Below are positions 35,278 to 46,582 of a stretch of DNA of 50,639 nt, piece after piece. The notes below the pieces were generated by a model that was not told where the DNA came from, did not search any database, and saw only the letters and a program-made list of their open reading frames with translations. The stretch is from assembly GCA_032718475.1 (NCBI GenBank), contig JAUCBJ010004395.1:1-50639 (forward strand). The letters are read 5' to 3'. Source of the stretch: Nemertoderma westbladi (Eukaryota > Animalia > Xenacoelomorpha). Made by a program: the position numbers and the translations under genes. The stretch's first letter is position 1; every line of letters begins with the position of its first letter.

Positions 35278-36957
35278 GAAGTTACCCACCTTTACTACAC
35301 ACCGTATTTGTTTGTGTACAGTACGTGTTTGCTGTTTGTATGTATTACCTCTGCATGAGCAACGCAAATAAATCAACTGTAAATATAATATGTACTGTAC
35401 GTTGACTGCTTAGTGTTGATGCATCTATTAAATGTAATTTTGTATTTTGTTACTTTATATTTTCTATTTGTATATAGTATATTGATGTTACATTTTGTTT
35501 GTTTTGCTTTTTAATTGATATATAGCAGTAGCTTGTACGCGTTGTGACGTACCAGTAACTATTCGCACATCATTCGTTAAACTTGAATTGCCAGACACCC
35601 AGTACCTGTCTACTGTAACAGTAATGTTTAGCTATTTTCCATTCCGGTAGTTGATCTATATACTAAGGAGACGTACATAAAGAATGTTCTAGTAAATATC
35701 GGATATTGAATCTCCGCCATTCCAATAATTTTTTATATAAACAAAACGCACTGCTGTATGGAATAAACTGTGTTTATAGGGTAGTTTTATTTTTAGCTTA
35801 ACTTAATGCAAATCTCTAAATTTCCTGATTTCTCTAAGTCTCCTTTATGGACGGGCCCTTTAACCAAATATGATGCTCATGTGAAGAATACCAATACTAA
35901 TTCGTGTTTTCTTTTGGTTAGATTCAACCTTTATGTAACTGTACCTGGTATACTTCACAAGGACCAAATATTATTTATTTAATCTCAATATTCAACATTC
36001 GTACAAACAGTCACTCACAGTATCATAAAGTTTATTAATTTTAGTATGATGGCTTTACTCTGATGGATGGCACAGGTTGTGTAATGTGATATGGAATTGC
36101 AGTCTAAAAAGCAATTCCGATTCAAAAGTAACATTTTTGGTTATTTATTTAAACTGATATTTATGTTGTTTTGTGAATTATATATTTATTAATTGTATCA
36201 TATTAATAATCCAATAACTATATTTTTAAATATTTTGTATGTGTTTTTGTATTTGTATTATATTAAATTTTGTATCTTGTCGTTTTGTCTCCATCGCCAT
36301 ACATAAATCGATATTATTCCGATCATTAACTACGTTTGTACGTACAACTGCCGGGGGAGGTAAAGTTAACTCAATAAATTGCGCCTTGAAATACTGCCAG
36401 AAAGGCGCGGTATAAATAAATACATATTTTTCCCCGGTATTTCGATGTATTTGAAACATACAATCGTTAAGGAGTTAAGCATTGAAGTGGAAAAAATGAG
36501 TTTACTGGTATATTTCTGATGGTCTATTACTATTTAAACTAATTGTTCAATGTTAAACTTGAGCCGCCTTGGGAAATGGTTATGCAACAACCCTACACAT
36601 GTGTTTTCAATCAAATATTGTCACTTCAAGTGCTCAGGAAATGCTTCAATTTAATCAGGAAATATTACATTATTGTTGCTTATCTCAAATATCTATTAAA
36701 TCTTGTGATAATTGTTTGAATGTTTCTCGTTTAATTTACATTTCGTTGGCTTTTAGCTGCTCATAATTCCTTAGGTTATTCTTAAGAAATAAAATAATCT
36801 TTAAATTCAATCGATAAATATTTGTTGTTTCATATTCATATCCATCAATTCGAAATTCATTCAATCATAAATTCCTAACTTTAACTTAATTGGTAGCCTG
36901 AAGGAAAGTTTAAGTTATTAATTAAATAATTTAATTATATAGGCATAGCAATAAACA

Positions 36958-38676
36958 ATGGCTGGTATGACACAACAGCTGGTTGAACCTGAGTGTGGGT
37001 CTAGCAACCCTCTTATGGAAGTGGCTGCACACCTTGGACAAGGCGGGACTAGGTTGTCTGAGCCACAGAGCCAGCAGGTTAACGCTCATCCAACCGGAAC
37101 CTTTTCCATTAACGATATACTCATGGGTATGACGTCATTAGAGGTAAATGCCCCGGAAGTAACCACCTCCATACCTGGTGTAAATCCGCCGGTTGTTTTA
37201 AATACTCGTCCGCCAGTAGAAAATTTCCGCGATCCTTTATTAAGCTGGATGTATGATGTAGATGATACCAGCACTGTTACAAATCCCCTTTACTCCCAAC
37301 CTGCCCCCTACTCCCAACCTCGCCCCTACTCCCATCCAGCCCCCTACTCCCAACCTCGCCCCTACTCCCAACCTGCCCCCTTCTCGCAACGACCCCCCTA
37401 CTCCCAACCTGCCCCCTACTCCCAACCAGCCCCCTACTCCCAACCTGCACCCTACTCCCAACCTGCCCCCTACTCCCAACCTGCCCCCTACTCCCAACCT
37501 GCCCCCTACTCCCGCCCACCAACACTCGTCCTTAGACAACCTCCAGGCCCCGTAGTCGCTGACCCCGATTCAAACGACTGGCTCGACGACTTCCGTCGCG
37601 AAGTCTCCCATGACCTCCCCCCACCCCTCGACCTCCCCCCGCCCCTCGACCACTCCCCCACCCCTACCGATGTCGCCGCCACGGTATTCGGCTTCCCTCC
37701 CGGCACCACTTCGTCCACCTCCCCCGGTACCTTCCGTTTCGCGTACCGTTACTCCGACGACAACCCGTTCCGTAACTCTCCCGATCCCTTCCGACTCGGA
37801 CTCACTCGACTGCGACGAGGCGATGTGCCAACGGCAGTGCTCCTCTTCGAGTTGGCCGTCCAACGGGACCCTGACCACAGCGAGGCGTGGCGATACCTCG
37901 GGATCTCGCAGGCACAGAACGAGGACGACGTACAAGCGATAGCGGCGTTACGTCGTTGTGTGCAACTCTCTCCCGGGGACCTAGACGCCTGGCAGACACT
38001 CAGTTCCAGCTACGTAAATGAGTCCTTGTCGGGGTTGGCCTTGGGAGCTTTGTATAACTGGTTGTCCAAACATCCCGATTACAAGGATATAGCGAGCCAA
38101 CGAGCTGTCAACACCTCGCAAATATCCACGGACATAATTCACGATCTTTACACTCAGGCAGCCAATAGTAATGGGGAGACGGTAGATGGAGATATCCAAT
38201 CAGGATTGGGGGTCCTATATCATCTTATGTCTGAGTTCGAGAAATCAATTGAATGTTTTAGAGCTGCTCTAACTCAGACGCCATCCGACGCTTTGTTGTG
38301 GAATCGTTTAGGCGCAACTCTAGCCAATGGGGGCCGTTCTAGTGAGGCCATCGAAGCGTACAACAAGGCGCTATCATTTCGTCCCGGTTTCATCCGTTGT
38401 CGGTATAACCTGGGACTTGCCTATATCAACCTCAAAGATTACGACACTGCGAAACGTCAGCTACTGGAGTGTTTGAACGCCCAGACTGAGACTGTTAGGT
38501 CCGGTGGAGATGTTATGGCGGGGGTGGGTAGCGCTACTGGGGGCGCCTCTGGCGAGCCCATATGGAATCTACTAAGGTTCGCCGCCGCAATATCCGATCA
38601 TAAAGAAATGTTGGAAAGTGTGGACAGTCGGAATATTAACTCGCTAAATAACATAATAAAGAAACCGCCACAATGA
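36958..38676 (+). CDS. PEX5: Peroxisomal PTS1 receptor PEX5-like, intronless CDS
   Basis: N-terminal LVEPECGSSNPLM with the conserved Cys, and one WxxxF motif (WLDDF). TPR domain motifs include NPF, AVLLFE, EAWRYLG..QAQNE, LWNRLGATLANG.RS.EA..AY..AL..RPGFIR.RYNLG. Confidence 0.93.
   Translation: MAGMTQQLVEPECGSSNPLMEVAAHLGQGGTRLSEPQSQQVNAHPTGTFSINDILMGMTSLEVNAPEVTTSIPGVNPPVVLNTRPPVENFRDPLLSWMYDVDDTSTVTNPLYSQPAPYSQPRPYSHPAPYSQPRPYSQPAPFSQRPPYSQPAPYSQPAPYSQPAPYSQPAPYSQPAPYSQPAPYSRPPTLVLRQPPGPVVADPDSNDWLDDFRREVSHDLPPPLDLPPPLDHSPTPTDVAATVFGFPPGTTSSTSPGTFRFAYRYSDDNPFRNSPDPFRLGLTRLRRGDVPTAVLLFELAVQRDPDHSEAWRYLGISQAQNEDDVQAIAALRRCVQLSPGDLDAWQTLSSSYVNESLSGLALGALYNWLSKHPDYKDIASQRAVNTSQISTDIIHDLYTQAANSNGETVDGDIQSGLGVLYHLMSEFEKSIECFRAALTQTPSDALLWNRLGATLANGGRSSEAIEAYNKALSFRPGFIRCRYNLGLAYINLKDYDTAKRQLLECLNAQTETVRSGGDVMAGVGSATGGASGEPIWNLLRFAAAISDHKEMLESVDSRNINSLNNIIKKPPQ
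37291..37521 (+). repeat. 18-bp coding minisatellite (YSQPAP) x 12-13 in PEX5
   Basis: Unit tactcccaacctgccccc. Confidence 0.95.
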
Positions 38677-40494
38677 AACCATACGTCCGGCGTTTTAGAT
38701 CGATTCATTTGTTATGCAATTATTCGATAATTTAGTTAATAATTATTTGATTATGAGTATAATTGGCCGCTTTGGGTTTTAAAATATATTGCTAGTGAAT
38801 GAAGCTGATATATTTATTGACTCAGAAGGCAGTGATTTTATCTGATTGTGAAAACCTTGGTTACTTTACATGACCGGTATAATTATTGTATACGAAGCTT
38901 TAATAAATGTTTTTCTTCAGTATTTTTTATGAGGCTGAAATAACTTTAGTGATATTGATATGATAATAAAATATTCACCATTATTTTCTTTGCCTATCCT
39001 ATATACTTTTCTCTATTGATGTGGGGGGGTGGTTGGGGCATAACGTAAGGGGCACTGGAATCCTCTCCAGGGTAAAGTCGACCGACATTGTATTATAAGC
39101 AACATTTAAACTGTATTCTGATGTAATATATAACATATACACTCTTATGTGGACTAAATTGAGCACCCCCCCCCCCCCCCCCCGTACCCCGTACCCCCGT
39201 AGACACAACTTTCTCACATTATGTTAACTGTAGCACAAAGGGGTGCAGGAAATCAGAACACTTCGTGAGTCTAATTAATTCCTAAGTGTTGCTTAAATTC
39301 TTCTGAATATATATGAATATACAATTATTAATCTCATGCATTACTTACTCTTTAAAAGAGTCAAGCTTAAGTCAGTTCTCAATCAAATTATTAAATAGGA
39401 CTTTCATCAAGGTTTAACGCTTTCACCACTTACTTTGGGTTAATAAATACCCTTGGATAAACTGGCTCGATCTGAGGCGTTATTTATTTATCAGGGTAAA
39501 TAGATCAGTGTCATATAGAAAGGGTTGCCAATCGATACCTTATGCGCGTTAATTAATATATGGCACTAGATCGTTATTAAATTGTGGCACCAGGCGTTAG
39601 TAACATTAATAGAGAAACTACTATATTATTAGCAATAATAGTTTATGTTTGCGGAGCGTCATAGATCAGCTAAATTAAGATACAGCGGATAGTCAGATCA
39701 AGTTACTCATGAATTACTTGGCTATATATATATCTTAGTTTTATTATGATTTGTCACAAATCAAATATAAGACAAAAGTTAAAGTTTCTTAGTCTAAAAC
39801 ATAAGCTGAATTATTGCACGAACTGGCGGTGGCTGATTTGTACATGGTTCAGAACTGGTTGAATAAATAGTGTGCATTCGATTATAATGTTCATTGGCTT
39901 TTCGAGATAAGGTTATATGTCACAACATGACATTCTAGAGTTGCAGGTAGTTCTAGAACGAACCCCTACTCCCGACGTACTCCATGTCCTGGAATTAGAA
40001 TAAAATAACCTTGCGCAGGTGTAAAACCATGCAACTTTAGAATGCTCATATCTCTGCTGTTTTACGACGATATTCAGATTGTGATACATAGTTGGAATCC
40101 TTGCATGGCCAGCTTTCCGTCAATATCAACAAATCGCTATAAGATTGAAGAATAACTGCGGTGTAACAGGTGCAATACCGACGGAGACACCTTTTTCAAA
40201 CGCTTGTAGCTAAAGAATGAAAGCAAAAATATAAATTCTAGCTCACCCAGCAAGGAGGAGGGAGGTGTAACTATCTCTGTTTCAAATTTCATGCAATCTC
40301 AATAAGATTTGGAGAAAAATTTGGGGGGGGGGGGGGGTCCAGGTACCTGAATAACGACACTATATTATATTCCAGGACATGGTGTAATGCAGTAATAGCC
40401 TAGCCACTTAGAATTGTGCTTAAAGAGTTAATAGTTCGCAGTGTGGTACTGTATATTGTAATTTTACATAATTATTTTCATTTTTTTTATGTAG

Positions 40495-40765
40495 AAATTT
40501 AATGAATACACAAAACATGGGAACCTCTACACACGACTACAAGCTCGCTACGAGTTGTTATCGAAAGCGTTGTTGGAGGGATCGTCGGACGGTAAAGCGA
40601 AGCGACACCCCTCGTGCGTGGGCCACAAACTCCCTCGGCCCAAAGTGCCGCTGTCGGCTCGGGGTGCCAAACTGTTTGGTGGCCGGTTGTTGGAGTACAT
40701 CGACGAGACAGAGGAAGAGGTTCCGCTGGTCGTTCTCAGCTGTATCCGCGTGCTATCTAAACTAG
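40495..40765 (+). CDS. SRGAP: srGAP exon (end of F-BAR extension, start of RhoGAP)
   Basis: tatgtag| acceptor and G|gttagt donor. Translates KFNEYTKHGNLYTRLQARYELLSKAL...KLFGG.L.EYI....EEVPLVVLSCIR. Confidence 0.92.
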
Positions 40766-41389
40766 GTTAGTTGAATAAACTACTGATCAGCTGATGCCAT
40801 ACACAGCGTATAGAAACCAGATTAATTATTAGATTAATAGATAGTTACGTATTGCTTATAATGAATAATTTATTCAGACATAAGTTGTTTTCATTTCGGA
40901 TTTTTTTAGTATATAAATTTTCTCATGATGTGTTATTTAACACTATCTCTTGGAAATTGGAATGGTCAACATTGCTAGCAGGTACAACGCCCCACCCCTC
41001 ATTCCTTTTTTCTACAAATCGCAATGAGATTATTGGAAATAGAGATAGTTTGACTTCCCGGCATCTTACTGGATGGGCGAAACATAATTTTTTTATTTTC
41101 GCTTACAGTCTTTAGCTACGTTTTTAAAATTGTTTTTTTGGTACCGACGGAAAACTGCAAGAATTCCAAATCTGTAAAAACATGCATTTAGATGAGATAT
41201 GATGTGAGATATGACCATGTGGAACTATACGGATGACCATACGGATGTTTTAGCATCTGCGCTTGGCTATTTAATTGCTAAACAAAATGTTAATTGATTG
41301 TTTAAATGTGAAGGCTTTAGAACTTTCATTTTAGTATCTCTTTTGTTCTCGTCAATTAGTATATTTATTATGTAACTTATTCTCGACAG

Positions 41390-41602
41390 GTCTGCAGCAC
41401 CAAGGAATATTCCGTGTATCCGGAGCCAAAGTCGATATAAAGGAACTGAAGAGCGCCTTCGAGAGGGGGGATGATCCTCTGGCTGACGTTGAAGATAAAG
41501 TTGAGATCAATAGCGTTGCCGATTGTCTCAAACTCTACTTTAGAGAACTCGATGAACCTCTGTTCCCTAAACATTTGTTCTTAGATTTCATATCTTGTGC
41601 TC
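41390..41602 (+). CDS. SRGAP: srGAP exon (RhoGAP, arginine finger)
   Basis: cgacag| acceptor and C|gtaagt donor. Translates GLQHQGIFRVSG...AFERGDDPL...INSVA..LKLYFREL.EPLFP. Confidence 0.95.
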
Positions 41603-41853
41603 GTAAGTACATATTTATAATACATTGTATAATATTAATTTATTCTGTTAAGTCGATAGTCGTATTTTTTTTTTTTACATAATGGAATTTTCTCCCGGGT
41701 ATACAAATAATACATGAACTCGTAATATAATGATGCAATATTTAATTAATATTTTAAAAATAATTGTTAGGTTATTAAAAAAATGATTGCCAAAAGTAAT
41801 TATTTTTACAGAATTATGTTATTGAAGCTCATTGGGTTTACATTTTGTTTTAG

Positions 41854-42074
41854 AATTTGAAAATGAATATGACGCAGTAGAAGAACTGAATCACTTAGTT
41901 ACCCAATTACCGCGGCCCGTGATGATAGTGATGCGGTATCTATTCGATTTCCTGCATCATCTAACTCAATTCGTCGATGAGAATATGATGGATTGTTATA
42001 ATTTAGCCATTTGCTTTGGGCCCAATTTAATGCCGGTACCAGAGGACCACGACATGGTGCTATATCAGTCACAG
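41854..42074 (+). CDS. SRGAP: srGAP exon (RhoGAP)
   Basis: ttttag| acceptor and CAG|gttagt donor. Translates LPRPVMIVMRYLFDFLHHLTQFVDENMMDCYNLAICFGPNLM. Confidence 0.95.
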
Positions 42075-42498
42075 GTTAGTAAAAATAAAGTAAAGTTTAC
42101 TGCGGCCGTAAGGCCGCGGATTGCGCTCAAAGTCTAACGACGTATTTCCAGTGCGGTCCCCCCAGAACTAATACTCCCCAGAGGAATCTCCAATACTCAT
42201 TTAGCTACCGGTACTATTTAAGGATGCAAGGCAGAGGTGCACCCTGGATGGTCCCTTTAAAGCATTTCGTATCGAAACGTTCACTTTCAATAGAAACATT
42301 CAAGTCACGTGTGCGGTGCATAAGTGTTGTGATTTGATATTCGAGATTCGTTATTGTCTTTCCCGGAGGGTTCCATTGTATTTAATCTTTCATTAAACTA
42401 TGTTTTACTCCGCCGCCGTCGTCGCCATATATATTTAATAAGTATATTAATTTAGTTCTAGATCGGTCCCATTTATCAGTTTCATTTTTATTCTTCAG

Positions 42499-42652
42499 GT
42501 AATTGAACTCGTCAAGATATTCATCTGCTTCAGCTTATCTATATTCCCTCACGAGGACGGTCTAATGTATCACAAAGCGTTGGAGGAAACCGCGGTATTT
42601 CGAGAAACTGAAAGTATATCAGACGAAGAGAGTTGTGCGCAGAGCGGGGATG
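42499..42652 (+). CDS. SRGAP: srGAP exon (RhoGAP end and linker)
   Basis: ttcttcag| acceptor and G|gttagt donor. Translates VIELVKIFICFSLSIFPHEDGLMYHK...; phases fit both neighbours. Confidence 0.88.
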
Positions 42653-42787
42653 GTTAGTTTTAGTGAATCATGACTATAGTAACCACTGGCTGGGGAGTGT
42701 TGATGGCAATGAATATTATATTACATTTCATATTAATTGAATAGTTTTATCATCTCTCTTTATTATCTTACTTCTGTATCCCTTCAG

Positions 42788-43001
42788 ACTCCGACGAAGC
42801 TGCTTTGGGTTACCCACGCTCCGTGGTCGCTCTATACGACTACGATGCTAGGACCGAAACGGAGATGACCTTCCTGAAAGGGGATAAACTTCGTTTAATC
42901 AGCCGAGAATCCCCTGATTGGTTCCTGGTGAGGCGGGGCAGTACCAAAGGATTGGCGCCATCCAATTACGTAACCAGTTCGCATAGAATTAGGCAATCAA
43001 G
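42788..43001 (+). CDS. SRGAP: srGAP exon (SH3 domain)
   Basis: ccttcag| acceptor and AG|gtagga donor. Translates VALYDYDART.TEMTFLKGD...PDWF...GLAPSNYV. Confidence 0.93.
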
Positions 43002-43014
43002 GTAGGAATAAATA

Positions 43015-43287
43015 TTATCCTAAAGGAGGACCTTTTACGTATAGTGTTATGGTGAAGGGGGTAGGGGTTCTCTTCTAATTTGGGTTATCATAAAGGAGGA
43101 CCTTTACGTATAGTGTTATGGTGGAGGGGGTACTTCTAATTTGTGTTATCCTAAAGGAGGACCTTTTACGTATAGTGTTATGGTGGAGGGGGTAGGGGTT
43201 CTCTTCTAATTTGGGTTATCATAAAGGATGACCTTTTACGTATAGTGTTATGGTGGAGGGGGTAGGGGTTCTCTTCTAATTTGTGTT
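43015..43287. repeat. Intronic minisatellite, 4 copies of a ~70-bp unit (one 61 bp)
   Basis: Units start at 43015, 43085, 43146 and 43216. Confidence 0.92.
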
Positions 43288-43997
43288 TAAATGCGATCTA
43301 AGACTTCTCGAGATTTCCGGGATCGGTACCGGGATTCACACTCTCGGGATCCCGATTGCTAATTTTTGGATTAAATTTCGTTAAAGATACCAATATAATG
43401 TTGCAGAGTATGTATTAAACAGGTTTTGGGCAACGCATTTTACACTTATTAAATATTTACAAATATTAGTAAGATTTATTTATATTAAATTACTTTACAA
43501 ATTAATTGTGGATGGTTTACTGATATGCAAATTCGTTGTAATTAATAAATTCGTGTTTTGGTGCAACTATTTATCAGATGTTAAACAATTTATTTCATTA
43601 TTTATACTTCGGGATCCCGTTCCAAAAAAGTCGGGATCGGGATGCCGTGTAAACACTTTGACACAGGTGATATGATAATGATAGGCAAAAGTTACAATAG
43701 AAAGCCTAGCGGTTTAGCAACTGGGAATGTAGAGTTTGGGCAGACGCATACAGGTTGGATGGAGTGAAAGGATTCCAGGTTATTATTATTTCGCGGTGCG
43801 GATCGGATACTAGCGCTTATTGAAGGGTTCATTCCACTGGAGAGTTGGCAGGACGGGGAGACATTCTCACACCCTAATTCGGTAGAATAATGTGCGCGAG
43901 GAGATTGGGTGCTGAGTGTGATTAATGGTTGATGTGGTGCAACTGTGTTGTTTGTACTGGTATAATAATTTCATTATTTTGGTTTGACTATTTACAG

Positions 43998-44652
43998 CAA
44001 CAGTGAGTCGTCTTCCAAGTTATCGTCGCCGTCGACAGAGGGCGACGCAGTAGACTCTGGACTCGGCGCCACCCCTAAAGCGCTGCGCCAAACCTCCTGT
44101 TCGTCGTACGAGAGTCGGAGCAACCGCCACTCAACGCCGGTAGAACCGACCGAGGAGCTCCCGCTCCCACCGGACGACGAGGCCACTCTGCGACGTCGTC
44201 ATGGCAACCCGTCGGCCGGGGACGCGAGTGCGAGCACCCCGGACCTCGTGCTGGACCACCAACCGGGCGGGGCCCACCTCGTCGTCCCCCCAGGCGACGC
44301 CCCTCTCGACGGATCCCAGACGCTCACCCGATCGCCGTCGACGCCTCGCTCCGGGGAGCGTCCCGAAGTCGCCATGGACCCCGTCGCGCGCAGTAAGAGT
44401 CTCCGAGCGGCCACCAACGCGGCCGCCACCGGAATGTATGCCTCGCCCATCAGACTCATACACACGTCCCCGTCACTCATCCGCCCTAAACCGCCCCCCA
44501 AACCGCTGCCCCCGTTGCCATTGGACAGTCCCTCCGGAACAGACGATACGTCGTCCCCGGGATCACAGCTATCCTACACAACGGGAATGTCTGGGTTCCT
44601 AGAGGGAAGGACAGAGGAGAAATCAATAGACAGTTTACCTGGTTCATTATAG
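43998..44652 (+). CDS. SRGAP: srGAP last coding exon (Ser/Pro-rich tail)
   Basis: tttacag| acceptor is phase-compatible with the SH3 exon. GC-rich coding sequence with TPDLVLD and PKPPPKPLPPLP; TAG at 44650-44652. Confidence 0.85.
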
Positions 44653-44681
44653 GGAAGAGAATGTAGGAAAGGTTCCATTTT

Positions 44682-46250
44682 CCCTATTTGGAACGCAGAA
44701 TCAGAAATGTTTCTAATTTTGTACAAATGATTGATGTTACTATTTGGTTCACAGGATCATGTTCCTTATTTGGAATAGAGGATCCATGTTCCCTATTTGG
44801 TACGCAGGATCCATGTTCTTATTTGGAACGCAGGATCCATGTTCCTTATTTGGTTCACAGGATCCATGTTCCTTACTTGGAACGCAGGATTTATGTTCCT
44901 ATTTGGTTCACTGGATCCATGTTCCTTATTTGGATCGCAGGATCCATGTTCCTAATTGCTTCACTGGATCCATGTTCCTTATTTGCAACGCAGGATCCAT
45001 GTTCCTTATTTGGTACAAAGGATCCATGTTCCTTATTTGATACAATTGATGATGTTCCTATTTGGTTCACAGGATCATGTTCCTTATTTGGAACGTAGAT
45101 TCCAGGTTCCTTATTAGGTACAAAGGATCCATGTTCCTTATTTTGTACACACGTTTCATGTTTCTTACTTGGCACCAAGGATTGATGTTCCCATTTGGTG
45201 CAAAGGATCATGTTCCTTATTTGGAACGTAGGATCCATGTTCCTATTTGGTTCACAGGATCATGTTCCTTATTTGGAACACAGGATCCGTCTGCCTTATA
45301 TAGAACACAGGATCCATGTTCCTTATGCGGAACACAGAATCCATGTTCCTATTTGGTTAACAGGATGATGTTCCTTATTTGGAACAGATGATCCATGTTC
45401 CCTATTTGGTACGCAGAATCCATGTTCTTATTTGGAACGCAGGATCCATGTTCCTTATTTGGTTCACAAGATCCATGTTCCTTATTTGGAACGCAGGATC
45501 TATGTTCCTATTTGGTTCACTGGATCCATGTTCCTTATTTGGAACGCAGGATCTATGTTCCTATTTGCTTCACTGGATCCATGTTCCTTATTTGCAACGC
45601 AGGATCCATGTTCCTTATTTGGAACAAAGGATCATTGTTCCTTATTTGAAACGCAGGATTCATATTCCTATTTGGTTCTCAGGATCCATGTTCCTTAGTA
45701 GGTACAAAGGATCCATGTTCCTTATTTGGTACAATTGATGATGTTCCTATTTGGTTTACAGGATCATGTTCCTTATTTGGAACGTAGGATCCATGTTCCT
45801 ATTTGGTTCACAGGATCATGTTCCTTATTGGGAACACAGGATCCGTGTGCCTTATTTAGAACACAGAATCCATGTTCCTTATGCGGAACACAGGATCCAT
45901 GTTCCTATTTGGTTAACATGATCATGTTCCTTATTTGGAACACAGGATGCGTGTTCCTTATTTGGAACACAGTATCCACGTTCCTTATTTGGAACACAGG
46001 ATGCGTGTTCCTTATTTGGTACAAAGTATCCACGTTCCTTATTTGGAACACAGGATCCATGTTCCTTATTTGGAACACAGGATCCATGTTCCTTATTTTA
46101 AACATAGGATCCATGTTCCATATTTGGAACACAGGATCCATGTCATTATTTGGTACACAGGATCCATTTACCTTATTTGAGACACAGGATCCATGTCCTT
46201 ATTTGGAACACAGGATCCATGTCCTTATTTGGTACAGAGGATAAATGTTT
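44682..46250. repeat. 26-27-bp satellite array (CAGGATCCATGTTCCTTATTTGGAACA)n with higher-order blocks
   Basis: About 1.55 kb of tandem units. The ORF-track repeats QDPCSLFGT and RIHVPYLE reflect the 27-nt period. Confidence 0.95.
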
Positions 46251-46399
46251 CTTACAGAGTTGAGTTATTTAGATTTACATTCTACTTTGTTGTCTCCAGT
46301 CGATGGTAGATAACATCCGGTAGACATTAACATCCGGTACAGTAAACAATCCACGCGCACTTCTTGACATTCCTGCATGAAATTATCATATTAGAATGT

Positions 46400-46582
46400 C
46401 AATTTAAAGTTAAGTATTATTACGACGGCCAAGGGGACTTCTGCACAATTTAAAGTTAAGTATTATTACGACGGCCAAGGGGACTTCTGCACAATTTAAA
46501 GTTAAGTATTATTACGACGGCCAAGGGGACTTCTGCACAATTTAAAGTTAAGTATTATTACGACGGCCAGGGGGACTTCTGC
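46400..46582. repeat. 4 x 46-bp near-perfect tandem repeat
   Basis: Units start at 46400, 46446, 46492 and 46538. Confidence 0.95.

Larger units (their letters stand above)
825..44652 (+). other. SRGAP: srGAP-family (SLIT-ROBO Rho GAP) host gene span, 11 coding exons in window, 5' end outside window
   Basis: Eleven AG/GT-bounded exons translate in order to F-BAR, RhoGAP, SH3 and a Pro-rich tail. Splice phases match at every junction except a 1-nt discrepancy at the start of exon 2. Confidence 0.93.

Noticed and set aside
37086-38199. Overlapping Gly/Arg- or Pro-rich ORFs around PEX5, and similar ones around srGAP 43992-44602
   Set aside because: Alternate-frame products of C-rich repeats and GC-rich coding sequence.
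44688-46244. Many ORFs in the satellite
   Set aside because: They are translations of a 27-nt period in several frames.
44682-46582. CRISPR-like array of palindromic ~27-bp repeats, and the 46-bp repeats
   Set aside because: Units are head-to-tail with no unique spacers, there are no cas genes, and the context is a spliceosomal eukaryotic gene.
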